64,000 nucleotides of DNA, from positions 186,001-250,000 of the forward strand of contig NW_024055785.1 in the NCBI RefSeq assembly GCF_902713615.1, given 5' to 3'. Below are positions 34,104 through 47,291 of this stretch, in pieces. How positions within the stretch are numbered: position 1 is the stretch's first letter; every line of letters starts with the position of its first letter. The notes beneath the pieces were generated by a model that searched no databases, was not told where the DNA came from, and worked only from the letters and a program-made list of their open reading frames with translations. The translations under genes and the position numbers were made by a program. Origin of the DNA: Scyliorhinus canicula. Taxonomy: Eukaryota.

Positions 34104-34432
34104 CAGTTCCTAGTTTTGGCGTCCCCTTTAGTTCAGTGGGTTGGACAGCTGGATCCCGATGCAGAGTAAAGTGAGCAGGGCATCATCGATTCTCGTTTCA
34201 GCTGTGGTTACTTATGAATGCCCTGCCCTCTCAATTTAACTTCAAGCAAAACATAACTTATCTCCAGTTCACCAAAGTTCAATATCTGATACTTTGAAAA
34301 GTTGAGACATCTGTTTTAAAGAAACGGCTTCTTCCAATAAGTTTCATGGCCTCTCAGCGGAACCGTTAGAAGCTGCAACAATACATTGAGGTTCAACATT
34401 GCACAGGGCCACTGATTGCGATGCTCCCAGCC

Positions 34433-34505
34433 GTTTCTGTAGTGTAGTGGTTATCACATGCGCCTAACACGCGAAAGGTCGCCGGTTCGAAACCGGCCAG
34501 AAACA
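34433..34505 (+). tRNA. tRNA-Val-AAC: tRNA-Val(AAC), one anticodon-stem mismatch
   Basis: The T stem GCCGG/CCGGC shows a compensatory swap relative to CCCGG/CCGGG. Confidence 0.75.
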
Positions 34506-35316
34506 TCGCGTGCTTCTCCTTTTGTGTGACGAATGTTTGCACAAAATACCTTTCTTCCTCAATCTCGCAAGTTCGAGGAACATGAGATTTGGTCTCTCGT
34601 GAGATATTAAAATTCCTGCAACAAAGTCAGAAATACTGAATTTTCAAGACGCCAGGGGAAGAAAAGCCTTCCCTATTTTGCCACGATTCGGATATTAGCA
34701 GTTTGTTCATCCACCACAGAATCTTTTGGGTTTACAGATGCAGATGAACATATTTAATCACCATTTCAAACATGTCTAAATGTACGATAAAAGCAACTTA
34801 CTGCGTATGCGTCAATCGGAAAGAAAAACAGAAAACACAGGACAGTCTCATCAGGTCTGATAGCCTCTGTGGAGAGAGATGGCAAGTGTCGTTTCGAGCC
34901 TGGGTGACTCTTTGTCGAAGCTGGACAACTGGATCTTTGGTCAGGTGTAGACTGGCGGAGTGTGTGGGGGAAGTGGGGGGGGGGGGGGGGGGCGTGAAGC
35001 GTTGGGCCTCGACAGACGGCCAGCGATGGGTGGAGAATAACAAAAATGTGTTTGGGTCGAAAGAAAAAGGGAATGCAAATGTTTCTAATCAGTGTTAAGA
35101 ACGGTGCTGATAGAGGCGATTCGAAGATTAGAATGTGTTAATGGCAGATGACAATGAGGAAAAAGGGGCGGATTTCCCAAGAGGGATGCGATTGGCTAGG
35201 GGAATGGGGAGGGGGAGACAATGGGAGAGGAAGAAATATCAATGGAAGCAATGAAAATACGTTGATGTAAATAAACTTGTGGTGAAGTGGGAAGAGTGAT
35301 TTCACGGTGCGAAGTT

Positions 35317-35945
35317 GTAGTCAATAAATAGGAGCCTGATGTAGGAGTTCTTGTTTTCGAGATACTCTAGGGATCATTGTAGGGCCAGGGAAATGGCATC
35401 TGATGTGGACTGGTTGCGACGGTGTGCGAATTGAATTGGGTCAAGGCGTTCCGGGAGTATGGAGGTGATGCGCTTCATGATCAGCCTCTCAAAGCACTTC
35501 ATTACAACTGACGTCAGGGCCACCGGGTGGTAGTCATTGAGGCATGCTGCCTGGTTCTTCTTTGGTACCGGTATGATGGTGGTCTTCTTGAAGCAGGTGG
35601 GGACCTCGGAGTGGAGTAGGGATAGGTTAAAAATGTCTGTGAATACCTCTGCCAGCTGGTATGCGCAGGCTCTGAGTGCACGACCAGGGATCCTGTCCCA
35701 GCCCATCGCATTCCGTGGGTTCACTTTCAGGAAGGCCGATCTGACTTCGGAAACTTGATGGTGGGTATGGGTGAATTATGGGCTGCTGGGGCACTCGACC
35801 GCGGATTGCTGGTTACCTGCTCAAACCGAGCATATAATGCATTATGTTTATCGGGGAGGGGTGAGCTGCTGCCAGAGATACTGATCGGCTTCGCTTTGTA
35901 GACCGTTATGTTGTTTAGTCCTTGCCACAACCACCGAGAGTCTGT
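35317..35945 (-). mobile_element. Rex1/Babar-type LINE RT fragment
   Basis: RIPGRALRACAYQLAEVFTDIFNLSL...[19 protein letters not shown]...LDPIQFAHRRNQSTSDAISLAL. Confidence 0.85.
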
Positions 35946-36579
35946 CTGTGACTCTAGCATCTGCGGAGAAAGCGGAAAATACTGGAACAACTCAGGGAGT
36001 CAGGCGGCATTTGTCGAAAGGACAATAAAGCTCGTCTTTCACCATCACCTTTCATTAAAACCGGGACAGGTTAGAAATGGAGGGCATCTTAACCAAGTGA
36101 AATCCCGGAAGGGAGCAAACAGAACAACAGGAAAGGGCTCTAAAAGGGGGCAAGTCAAGAGAGATTAAATGAGAAGAGGCCTTGGGTTCCTGGCCACAAG
36201 GGGAGGTTCGCATCAAATCAGAGAATGATTACACCACAGATTGAGGCCATTCCGCCCGCCGTGTCTGTGCCAGCTCTCTGTCAGATCAATGGAAGCAACA
36301 AATGTCTGTTGAGCTTCTTTGGAACAATTCAAAGTCCGGGAACCGGGAGGTCAGCGTTAAGATCCAGTTCTCCAGTCAGTTCAGTTCTCCACTTGGGCTC
36401 TGTGGATTAGAAGGGTCACAGGTAACCCTGTGGTTAACACATGAAAAAGGGACAGTTTAGTGGCTCACGTGAGACGAAATCTCATAGTCCTGGAACACAC
36501 GAGATTCCGGCAACATTCAGGAAACAGAATTATTTTGTGCCCAATAATTGTGCAAACTTTTCTCACACGAAATGCTAAA

Positions 36580-36652
36580 TATTTCTGCCCGGTTTCGAAC
36601 CGGGGTCCTTTCGCGTGTGAAGCGGATGTCATAACCACTACACTACAAAAAG
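36580..36652 (-). pseudogene. tRNA-Val(CAC) pseudogene
   Basis: Mismatched acceptor stem with an internal TTTTT. Confidence 0.7.
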
Positions 36653-37872
36653 CGCTGGCAGTTAATGGGCGTGCGGAATGTACAACCTCACTGTGTTGCT
36701 GCAGATTCTGATGGTCTGTTTGAGAGGCCAGGTCCCTTGTTGCAGACGACAGCTGTTTCTTAAATTATCAGATGTCTCAACATATAAAACGGTGAGATGT
36801 AGAAATTATATCGAAATTAACGTAAGTTATATTTTGCTTAATGTCGGTCTTAAATTTCTGCTCTTTGGTCTCGAGGTATGGTTCTCGTTTAGAGATTTTC
36901 AATCAATGCCGATGGGAGTGGTCGTGGGTTTAAATCCAGGACAAGCCCTTTACTCCAGGTCAGAAATTATGAATTGTTTGCGATGCTGACGGCAGGGTTG
37001 ATTTACATTGGCCCACTCTGAAAAAGTTTTCTCAGGACTCGGAATGTGTACGTCGTTTCTCTCCCCACAGATGATGCGCGAGAGAGAGACAGTGTCTGAG
37101 CTGGAGTGCGTTTGGATAAAATTGATGCTCCAGATCTGTGTTAACCACAGGGACGTGACCCATCTAATCCACAGAGCCAAAGTGGAGAATTGAACTGACT
37201 GGGGAGCTGGATCTTAACGCTGACCTCCCGGACCTCGGCGTCGTGAAATGTTCCAAAGAAGCTCAACAGACACTCGAGGAACAGCAGCGCATCTTTCCAC
37301 TGGGCTCAATACAGCTTTCACACTCAGTGTGTGTTCAGCAGTTTCACACTGTAAATGCTGCACCCATTTTGTGTGTCCTTACATCGCAGATTTGGGTTTC
37401 AATCTTGTTTCCACTTGTTCTTTGTGACCGGGCGGAAGTTGTTGATCAATCTGCCATCGATAGTTCCTCCAGACATACCTTTTGTTTCTTTGTTTCTTCC
37501 ATTCCGCTAACAGAGAGCTGGCACAGACGGCGGCCGGAATGGCCTCATACTGTGGTCTCATTCTTCTTTGATTTGATGCTAACCTAACTCTGTGGCCAGG
37601 GTCTCTTCTCATTTAATCTGTCCCGACTTTCCCCCTATTAGAGCCCTTTCCTGTTGTTCTGTTTCCTCCCTCCGGGAGTTCACTTGGTTAAGACCTACTA
37701 TATTTCTAACCTGTCCCGGTTTTAATGAAAGGTGACGGTGAAAGACGAACTTTGTTGTCCTGTCGACAAATGCCGCCTGACTACCTGAGATGTTGCAGTA
37801 CTTTTGGCGTTCTCCGGAGATGTTAGATTGATTTTCGATAGCAATGACAGTATGCTTTGGCTCTTTTCGCGG

Positions 37873-37938
37873 GGCGCGTTGATCTAGGGGTATGATTCTC
37901 GCTTTGGGTGTCTCGCTGTCGGAATTTGCGAGAGGTCC
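37873..37938 (+). pseudogene. Intron-containing tRNA-Pro(TGG), 3'-truncated
   Basis: Pro 5' exon, insert TGTCTCGCTGTCGGAATT, then TGCGAGAGGTCC followed by unrelated sequence. Confidence 0.75.
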
Positions 37939-38799
37939 AGCAGGCCGTATCCTTCAATGGTGCGGCGATCCCAATGCCGCAGCCAGCTCACGGTACTTGT
38001 TATCACAACATTATCACATCTTGCTTTATTGCAGCAGAGAAATGCATTCCTCTGATTGCCAGTGACACGCCAGTGAAAGACAAGGCCAGTAAAATTGGGC
38101 AGCCAATACCTGGACATAAATATGTACGCGGAAATCCTGGAAGTTTGTCACTCGCGGAATTATTATAGTGCCAGGAATGTTATAGCACTCAGAATCACAG
38201 ATGCACAGAACCAAGCAATTCAGATGAGGCCTTCCGGTCAATCGAGTCTGCACCAACATGTGAAAAATACAGGACTAACTACAGGACCTCATTTGTCAGC
38301 ACGTGTTCCATAGCCCTGAATGTGAAGACGTGCCATGTGTTCAGCCAGGTACTATTTAATGGATGTGAAGCACACTGCCTCTACCACCCTCCCACGTAGT
38401 TTACTCCAGACAGTCACCATCCTCTGGCTAAATAAGATTTTCGTCAAATTCACCATAACCTCCTGCCCCTCACCTTGAACTTGTGTCCCCCCGTAACTGA
38501 CCCTTCAACTAAGGGGAACAACTGCTCCCTATCCACCCTGCCATGCCACTCATAATCTTGTACACCCAAAACTATGCAACGTCTCTTCATAACATAAATG
38601 GGCGCAGTATGTCCCTGATCTGCCTGGGAATCGAACAGAAGACATGTCGTGTCAACAGAAATTTCAGGTATTTTCGATCGAAAAATTGATTTCTATTAAA
38701 GTCTAAACCTGGCACCATGTGCTTCCCATGTCCCAACTGATAGTAATTCTCATGTTGCTCGGCGGTTATTATACATTAAGCGTACATTGTCGTAATAAT

Positions 38800-39103
38800 A
38801 ATCTTCACTAGTGTCATAAGTAGGCTTACATTAACACTGCAATTAAGTTACTGTGAAAATTCCCGAGTCACCACACTCCGGCCCCTGTTCAGGTGCACAG
38901 AGGGAGAATTCAGAATGTCCAATTCACCTAACAGCACGTCTTTTCGGGACTTGAGTGAGGAAACCGGAGCACCCGGAGGAAACCCACGTAGACACGGGGA
39001 GGACGTGCAGACTCCGCACAGATAGGGAACCAAGCCGGGAATCGAACGCGGGTCCTAGGAGCATGAGGCAGCAGAGCAACCCACTGAGCCACAGTGCCGC
39101 CCA
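38800..39103 (-). mobile_element. V-SINE-like copy
   Basis: Reverse-complement head and V-domain. Confidence 0.8.
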
Positions 39104-39556
39104 TTAAGTACCTTGTACATTTTGTACCGCAGCACGTATTGATCCATTCTGCTTTGCGTTAAAAGAACAGGTAACGAGGAGTCTTTGTCCTTGGACTTTC
39201 TGCAAGAGCAAGCCATGATTTTCGTCTATCTCCTCAGTTGAGTGCCACCCTCTGCCAGTAGGTAGATATTCTGGTTTTAAAGTTACAATACAATTTGCGG
39301 TATGATAGACCATAATAAGACCATAAGACTATTAGGCATAGGAGCAGAATTAGGTCACTTGGCCCATCGAGTCCGCTCTGCCATTCAATCATGGCTGATA
39401 TTTTCAACCATCGCTCTCACGATTTCCCAAACTATTCCTCTCTTGATCTACTCAAGGACAGAGACATGTCCGGTAAATAGACATGATTGCTTGCCTGAGC
39501 CTGGGGTCAATTCCTTCTCGGAAAGGAACCTCAGTGATGCTGTAAACACTCACTCA

Positions 39557-40635
39557 GGGTTGTGTACGGGGCTTTAGGTTTTCTCGAACGCTGTTTCTCA
39601 GTGAGCAGTAATAGACCTCCCCATCCTCCACATCGAATGTGCTTAGACTGAGGTAACCGTTCTGTTTAGATTTGTCAGCAAACGCCAGATATCGTCCTGA
39701 ACCCACATCTTTCTTCATTGCTGAGTTGTTGGTGATAATCCATCTCGGTGGCTGTGCCGGTTTCTCCTGATATCATTGCATTTTGTACATGTTGGGGCCT
39801 TTATATTGGCAATTTAACTTCACCGAAGCCCCTTCTGAGACTGTTATTGTCACTGGTGACTGAGCTACTGGATTGAACATTGCCGGCCTGCGAAAGTGAA
39901 GGACTGAAATGAACAGATTGTTGTTCCTTTATAAAGTTTAAGTTTGTTCAATTAAGAGGTGCTTTTTAGCGTGGCCATTCCACTGAGCCTGTACATCTAA
40001 GGTGTGGGAGTGAGAATGTTCAAACACCACACGGACAGTGATCTGGGACCGGGATCGAACCCGTGTCCTCAGTGCAATGAGGCAGCAGTGCCAACCATTG
40101 CGCCACCGTGCCGCCCTGAGTTTAAACAGAGTTGATACAAATTTGCTTGTATCTGCGGCATTTTCTGGGACCTCTGATGCAGGCACTTCATAGACATTCC
40201 CGATCGTTAATTATACTCTAGCCGATGTGTATTAATAGGGCAGCACGGTAGCATAGTGGTTAGCATCAATGCTTCACAGCTCCAGAGTCCCAGGTTCGAT
40301 TCCCGGCTGGGTCACTGTCTGTGCGGAGTCTGCACGTCCTCCCCGTGTGTGCGTGGGTTTCCTCCGGGTGCTCCGGTTTCCTCCCACAGTCCAAAGATGT
40401 GCGGGTTAGGTGGATTGGCCATGCTAAATTGCCCGTAGTGTCCTAAAAAGTAAGGTTAAGGGGGAGTTGTTGGGTTACTGGTATAGGGTGGATACGTGAG
40501 TTTGAGTAGGGTGATCATTGCTCGGCACAACATCGAGGGCCGAAGGGCCTGTACTGTTCTAAATATGCTAATCTGTTTTAATTAACACTATAACTACTTA
40601 CTGTGCCAAAGCGCCGCCAGTATTATCGCAACCAT
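39557..40635 (-). pseudogene. TCR V pseudogene with leader (40602-40635), V exon (39596-39887) and degenerate 23-RSS (39557-39595)
   Basis: Leader MVAIILAALWH-A|GTAAGT. V exon NPVAQSPVTITVSEGASVKLNCQY...MQ*YQEKPAQPPRW...VYYCSLR has the conserved Trp changed to TGA and is out of frame with the leader. RSS AACAGCG+23+ACACAACCC. Confidence 0.85.
40237..40560 (+). mobile_element. HE1/V-SINE-like SINE in the V leader intron
   Basis: Full-length head and V-domain. Confidence 0.9.
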
Positions 40636-40731
40636 GTCTGACTGAATCTCTCCCAGTGAACTGGACTGGACTGAGTCAGGAATTGTGTAGGAGAGAGGGA
40701 ACTTCGTGCAGTGCAGGGAGAGGGTCTATTG

Positions 40732-40741
40732 TGACATCACT
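40732..40741 (-). promoter_or_regulatory. TCR V promoter CRE-like decamer
   Basis: AGTGATGTCA ~100 bp upstream of the leader ATG; matches the AGTGAYRTCA consensus. Confidence 0.55.
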
Positions 40742-40805
40742 CGCCTCCCATCCTATCGGCTTGGCCGACACCATCAGGTGAGTTTCTGACGCCAGTGCTT
40801 GAATT

Positions 40806-40821
40806 TGGCGCCCTCTGCTGC
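40806..40821 (-). promoter_or_regulatory. CTCF-like motif upstream of the V leader
   Basis: GCAGCAGAGGGCGCCA, 13/14 to the CCASYAGRKGGCRS core. Confidence 0.5.
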
Positions 40822-41339
40822 CGGATTCGGTTTACTCCGTGTTAGAATTCGGCTGTTCAGTGGATTCAGTGTTGACTGAAATGCATATCAGGGCGGGAAA
40901 CCTGGACAGTAAATCTAAATTCCATCTCTTTATACACTATCTTTGTCACTATAGGTGTTTCTAATCAAAAAATGATGCTTAATCTGTGCAAATCATCCCT
41001 GGAGTCCTCGGTTCACACCTTAGGACGAAGTCGAAAGAATGCCAAGACTTTGGTGGACATGCGGAGGTTAGAACTCAGAATAATAGCAGGGCTCAACAGA
41101 CTAGTTTTCTTTATTTTGGTTCTGACGAAGAAGGTACAAAAGGGGAACTGCTCTGAACATCGCTTTTTTCAGAGAGCAGGTTGTCCCGAATTATATTCAT
41201 TAGCTGAAGGTGAAATGTCCTATGAAGAAAATAGGTGAATGATATTTCATGCTGCAAGTGTTTGCGAGACAATGAAACGTTACAGAGGACTTTGAATGGA
41301 TCAGCACCGAGGGACGGGCGGGATCCGAACCCGCGATTT

Positions 41340-42012
41340 TTGGGATTATGGTGTTGAAGGCGGAGCTGTAGTCAATAAATAGGAGTCTGATGTAGGTGTC
41401 CTTGTTTTCGAGATGCTCTAGGGATGAGTGTAGGGCCAGGGAAATGCCGTCTGATGTTGACCGGTTGTGACGGTATGCGAATTGAAGTGGGTCAAGGCGC
41501 TCTAGGAGTATGGAGGTGATGCGCTTCATGATCAGCCTCTGGAAGCACTTCATTACAACTGATGTCAGGGCCACCGGAGGGTAGTCATTGAGGCATGTTG
41601 CCTCGTTCTTCTTTGGTACCGGTATGATGGTGGTCTTCTTGAAGCAGGTGGGGACCTCGGAGTGGAGTAGAACATAGAACATAGAACGATACAACGCAGT
41701 ACAGGCCCTTCGGCCCTCGATGTTGCACCGACATGGAAAAAATCTAAAGGCCATCTAACCTACACTAGGTTAAAGGGATAGGTTAAAGATGTCTGTGAAT
41801 ACCTCTGCCAGCTGGTATGCGCAGGCTCTGAGTGCACGACCAGGGATCCCATCCGGGCCCGTCGCCGTCCGTGGGTTCACTTTGGAAACTGTGATGGTGG
41901 GTATGGGTGAATTAAGGGCTGCTGGGGCACTCGACAGCGGATTGTTGGTTACCTGCTCAAACCGAGCATAGAATGCATTAAGTTCATCGGGAAGGGATGC
42001 GCTGCTGCCAGA
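41340..42012 (-). mobile_element. Rex1/Babar-type LINE RT fragment with an internal insert (~41669-41770)
   Basis: [52 protein letters not shown]. Confidence 0.85.
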
Positions 42013-42802
42013 GATACAGTAAGACGTCTTACAACACCAGGTTAAAGTCCAACAGGTTTGTTTCAAACACGAGCTTTCAGAGGGCAGCTCCTTCCTCAGG
42101 TGAATCACAAAACAGAATCATTTAACCTGGTGTTGTAAGACTTCTTACTGTGCTCACCCCAGTCCAGCGCCGGCATCTCCACATCATGGCCAGAGATACT
42201 GCTCGACCCGGCCCGGTTATGTAGATCGTTGGGCTTTTTTTCTGAGGGATTCTTCTCCAGAGACCGCTGAGATATGCCCATTGAAGATTTTAAGACCGAT
42301 GTGGTTGGATTCTCAATTGAAAAGGTAATCAAAGGTTATCCGGGGTAGGTGAAATGTGAATCTGAGGTCACGTTCGCATCTGTCACGAACTTATTGAATG
42401 TTGGAGAAGGCTCAAGGGGATGAATAGCCAACTCCTGCTCAACATTCGTCTGTTAGCAGGTCCGTGAGGATTCGTCACAATCTCCTGAGTTATCGAGGGA
42501 GACACAGCATCATTGAGCTATTCCCCAGCTCGGCGCTGTGAAGGATATTTCAGCGATAGAGGCAACTCCATGCCGCAGCCGGTGCACGGTACGTGTTATC
42601 AGAACAGGAAAATCGCTTATTGTCACGAGTAGGCTTCAAATGAAATTACTCTGAAAATCCCCTAGTCGCCACATTCCGGCGCCTGTTCGGGGAGGCTGTT
42701 ACGGGAATCAAACCGTGCTGCTGGCCTGCTTTCAAAGCCAGCGATTTAGCCCTGTCCGAAACAGCCCCTAAAAACATATCATCCAGGAGTGGAACAACAA
42801 TT

Positions 42803-42872
42803 CGTCTCTGGGTGGGATCGAACCACCTTTCGGTTAACAGCCGAATGCGCTAACCGATTGCGCCACGGAGAC
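42803..42872 (-). pseudogene. tRNA-Asn(GTT) pseudogene
   Basis: Paralog of 5328-5401 with a 4-nt deletion at the variable loop/T stem. Confidence 0.8.
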
Positions 42873-43388
42873 GACAACAGGATCGCAACTCTGTGCATTG
42901 CAACAGTGACGGCCAATCCTCTGATTGCCAGGGACCGAATGAAAATGCTGGTAATATTGGTCCCCTGAGGCAGTGCGGAAAATATCGGAATGGACCGTAC
43001 ACATGGTCCCGCGGGCATGGACATTTGTGAGACGTGGAATCATCACAGGCCCGTGGATTTTACAGAACTCACTTGGACAGCACCACACTTTCGTTGAAAC
43101 GGGTCCCTGATCTGGGAACCTCCATAACAGAAAGCAGGAAGTGTCAACATAGATTTGATGTATTTTCGATCAGAAAGTCGATGTTCCGCTGAAGACTACT
43201 AGGGGCTCAGACTCATTGGCATAAGGTCGACCTAAGTTAACGGTCCTGGAAGATTTTATTATCCCCACATCTGAGAACTTTCATTACTTCTGCTGGGAAG
43301 TGGATATTCCAAGTTTAAATTTACTGTCCATCGCGACATGCTGATTAATCTCACGAATCCGAAACGGCTCCTCTATTGACCTATACAA

Positions 43389-43588
43389 GTAAGAAGTCTT
43401 ACAACACCAGGTTAAAGTCCAACAGGTTTGTTTCAAACACGAGCTTTCGGAGCACGGCTCCTTCTTCACCTGAAGAAGGAGCCGTGCTCCGAAAGCTCGT
43501 GTTTGAAACAAACCTGTTGGACTTTAACCTGGTGTTGTAAGACTTCTTACTGTGCTCACCCCAGTCCAACGCCGGCATCTCCACATCA
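43389..43588 (+). mobile_element. Short palindromic Penelope pLTR-type insertion with a 12-bp TSD
   Basis: Perfect 80-bp arms (43389-43468 and 43471-43550); gacctatacaag at 43378-43389 and 43589-43600; absent in copy A. Confidence 0.85.
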
Positions 43589-43721
43589 GACCTATACAAG
43601 GACAGAGACGGCAATGCAATTGTGGAGAAATAGACCTGAATATTTTTCTGAATCCAGATCAAACCATCCTCCGGTACAAGGGCAGGAACGCAAATTTACT
43701 GGAATTGAAAATACTCTCTGA

Positions 43722-44002
43722 GGCTTTCATACGTGGTTGTAGCTGCTTTGTGACACTGTGCTCATTGCACAGTAATAGACCGCCCCGTCCTCCACACTGA
43801 GCGCGTTTATATTGAGGTAACCATTCTTTTTAGACTTGTTGGCAGCCGCCAGATATCGTCCTGAGATCTCCTCTTTCTTCATCGTCAATATGTTAATGAT
43901 GACCAATCTCGGCGGCTGTGCCGGGTTTTGCTGATACCATAGCATGTGGTACATGGTCCGGTCTGTACATTCGCAATCTAACTGCACTGAACCCCCTTCT
44001 GA
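43722..44002 (-). pseudogene. TCR V fragment, 5'-truncated (no leader or FR1 start), with a 23-RSS at 43722-43760
   Basis: SEGGSVQLDCECTDRTMYHMLWYQQNPAQPPRLVI...VYYCAMS; CACAGTG+23+ATGAAAGCC. Confidence 0.85.
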
Positions 44003-45139
44003 TTTCTAACCTGTCCGGGTTTTTATGAAAGGTGATGGTGAAAGTCGAACTTTGTTGTCCTGTCGACAAATGCCGTCTGACTTACTGAGATGTTGCATTA
44101 CTTTTGGCGTTCTCCGCAGATGTTAGATTGATTTTCCGTTGGTCAAACCGCATATTTTCTTCCTTTCTTTGCGGCGGAGACAGCGGGATTCATTCACATT
44201 GGGTTTGCTTTGAGAAGCTGAGCTCAAACTGCAGGGAACCAATACGTTCCCGAGAAGCTTGTCTATGTGTGGGCATTCACATTTCTATTGACTAATTCTG
44301 GTGGACTCAGACAGCTCTTTGTCCCTTTCATTTTATCAGTTCAACACATTCAGACTGTGAACTCTCACTTTCCCCTCCACCACATGTTTTTTCCATCAAC
44401 TTATCATCCCTTCCATTGATATGTTTTACCCTCAGCATTGCCCACCTCCCCCCAGCTCATACCATCCTACTTCAGCAATCTGATCCCTGTTTGTAATTGT
44501 TCTCTGATGCACTGCTGACCTTTGTTCTGCCATTAACACATTCTGACCGCTTGATGCGCCAGCAGCACGTTTCATAGCCTTGATTAGCCTCATTTACATT
44601 CCCTTTTTCTTTCTGCCCGAGACATTTTCGTCATTTCCCACCTATTGCTAGCCCTCTATCGAGGCCCAACACAGCACTCCACCACCCCCAACCCCCACCC
44701 CCCACCGTGTGAACCTCCAGTTCCAGTTCTCCAGGTTTGACAAAGAGTCCACTTGACTGGAAACGACAGCTGCCATTTCGCTCCCCAGAGGCTGTCAGAC
44801 CTGCTGAGATTATCCAGTATTTTCTGTTTTTGTTTCCGTTTTGAAGCATCCGCAGTAAGTTGCATTTGTCATACATTTAGACATGTTTGAGATGGTAATT
44901 AAATGTGTTCATTTGTAAATCGCTGAAATTCTGTTGTGGATGAACAAGTTGCTAATATCCGAGCTGTGCCAAGATATGAACATTCTTCACCTCTCATTGC
45001 CTGCCGAAAATTCAGTGCTTGGGCCTTAACGTTCAATTCAGTGTAGTGGCTCATGTTCGACGAAATCTCATAGTCCTGGAACACACGAGATTCCGGCAGC
45101 ATTCAGGAAACAGAATTATTTTGTGCCCAATAATTGTGC

Positions 45140-45420
45140 AAACGTTTCTCACACGTGCCTATTCAGAGGATGGGGGCTGTTCCTCGGCGTTGTGCTGAGC
45201 TACATGGGAACATTGCAGCAAGCCAAGATCGGACATGTGGACATGAGAGCAGGACAGTGAGTTGAAATAGCAAGCGACAGGGGAGTCTGCCACCAGTTTG
45301 TCGATTGAGCGAAGGTGTTTTGCAAAGTGGTCACCCAGTCGGCATTTAGTCTCTCCAATGCAGAGTAGATGGCATTGGGACCAGCAAATGCAACAGGCCA
45401 GATTGAAGGATGTCTGAAAG
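45140..45420 (-). mobile_element. Penelope GIY-YIG relic
   Basis: SFNLACCICWSQCHLLCIGETKCRLGDHFAKHLRSIDKLVADSPVACYFNS. Confidence 0.8.
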
Positions 45421-45929
45421 TTATGTGTACTCAAAAGGACAGACACAAACGATACTGTAACTGACTTAGAGGAAATGCCAGAGACTTAACTGAACCAGCA
45501 TTGGGAAAGAAAAAACGGTCTTCCTGATGGAGAAACAGGAAAAGCCAGTGTGGGAATCCAGGCTCAAAGTTGATTTACAATTACCCCTCCTTTCTTCGAA
45601 ACCGGGCAGAAACATCGCGTGCTTCTCATTTTGTGTGACGAATGTTTGCACAAAATACCGTTCTTCCTCAATCTCGCACGTTCGAGGAACATGAGAGTTG
45701 GCCTCTCATCAGATATTAAAATTCCTGCAACAAAGTCAGAAATACGGAATATTCAAGACGCCAGGGGAAGAAAAGCCTTCCCTATTTTGCCACGACTCGG
45801 ATATTAGCAGTTTTTTCATCCACCACAGAATCTTTTGGGTTTGCAAATGCAGATGAACATATTTAATCACCATTTCAAACGTGTCTAAATGTACGAAAAA
45901 AGCAACTTACTGCTTATGCGTCAATGGGA

Positions 45930-46710
45930 AAGAAAAACAGAAAACACAGGACAGTCTCATCAGGTCTGACAGCCTCTGTGGAGAGAGATGGCAATTGTCG
46001 TTTCGAGTCTGGGTGACTCTTTGTCGAAGCTGGACAACTGGATCTTTGGTCAGGTGTAGACTGGCGGAGTGTGTCTCGGGGGCGGGTGGGGGGAGAGGGG
46101 AGCGTGAAGCATTGGGCCTCGACAGACGGCCAGCCATGGGTGGAGAATAACAAAAATATGTTGGGTCGAAAGAAAAAGGGAATAAAAATGTTTCTAATCT
46201 GTGTTAAGAACTGTGCTGACAGAGGCGATTAGAAGATTAGAATGTCTTAATGGCAGATGAAAATGAGGAACAAGGGGCGGATTTCCCAAGAGGGATGCGA
46301 TTGGCTAGGGGAATGGGGAGGGGGAGACAATGGGAGAGGAAGACATATCAATGGAAGCAATGAAAATAAGTTGATGGAAATAAACATGTGGTGAAGTGGG
46401 AAGAGTGATTTCACGGTGCGAAGTTGTTGAGCCTATTGTAAAATCCGCAAGGCTGTACCGTGCCTATTCGGAGGATGGGGTGCTCTTCCTCGGCGTTGTG
46501 CTGAGCTACATGGGAACATTGCAGCGGGCCAAGATCGGACATATGGACATGAGAGCAGGACAGTGAGTTCAAATAGCAAGCGACAGGAGAGTCTGCCACC
46601 AGTTTGTCGATGGAGCGAAGGTGTTTTGCAAAGTGGTCACCCAGTCAGCATTTAGTCTCTCCAATGCAGAGAAGATGGCATTGGGATCAGCAAATGCAAC
46701 AGGCCAGATT
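45930..46710 (-). mobile_element. Penelope-like 3' relic in the array unit; another copy at ~48225-49040
   Basis: Paralogous to 15365-16165. Confidence 0.75.
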
Positions 46711-47291
46711 GAAGGATGTCTTATAGTAATGTGAGCTCAAAAGAACAGACACAAACGATACTGTAACTGACTTAGAGGAAATGCCAGAGACTTAACTGAA
46801 CCAGCTTTGGGAAAGAAAAAACGGTTTTCCTGATGGAGAAACAGGAAAAGCCAGTGTGGGAATCCAGGCTCAATGTTGATTTCGAATTACCCCTCCTTTC
46901 TTATACATGAACGGTATTTAGGCTGCAGCATTTTACACACCAAAACACAAAGAGGTCAAATATAAGAAACACATAATTGTCAATTCTTAAACTCAACTCA
47001 AGCACTGAATAACGAAACAAATATTGTGTAAAGTCGGTTGCTTTTTTCTGTAGGATTTCAGAATGCTGCATTAATAATAGAAGAGAGCATTTCGCCGTTA
47101 GAGGTTTGCTGAACAAATTCTTCAGTTCAATATAGGTTCTTCTACTGGCTTGTAAGTTTAGACATCTGTTTTAAAGAAATAGACGTGTTCTTGTGAGAAG
47201 TGACATGGCCTCTCAGCCGAACCATGCGAAGCTGCAACAAGGCAGTTGAGTTGAAGGTGACACAGGTCCGTTGGCGTCTGCGTTGCCAGTT

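Larger units (their letters stand above)
41884..45154. repeat. Segmental duplication copy B (paralog of 4400-7927)
   Basis: Colinear near-identity with copy A; differs by insertions and deletions described under findings. Confidence 0.9.
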
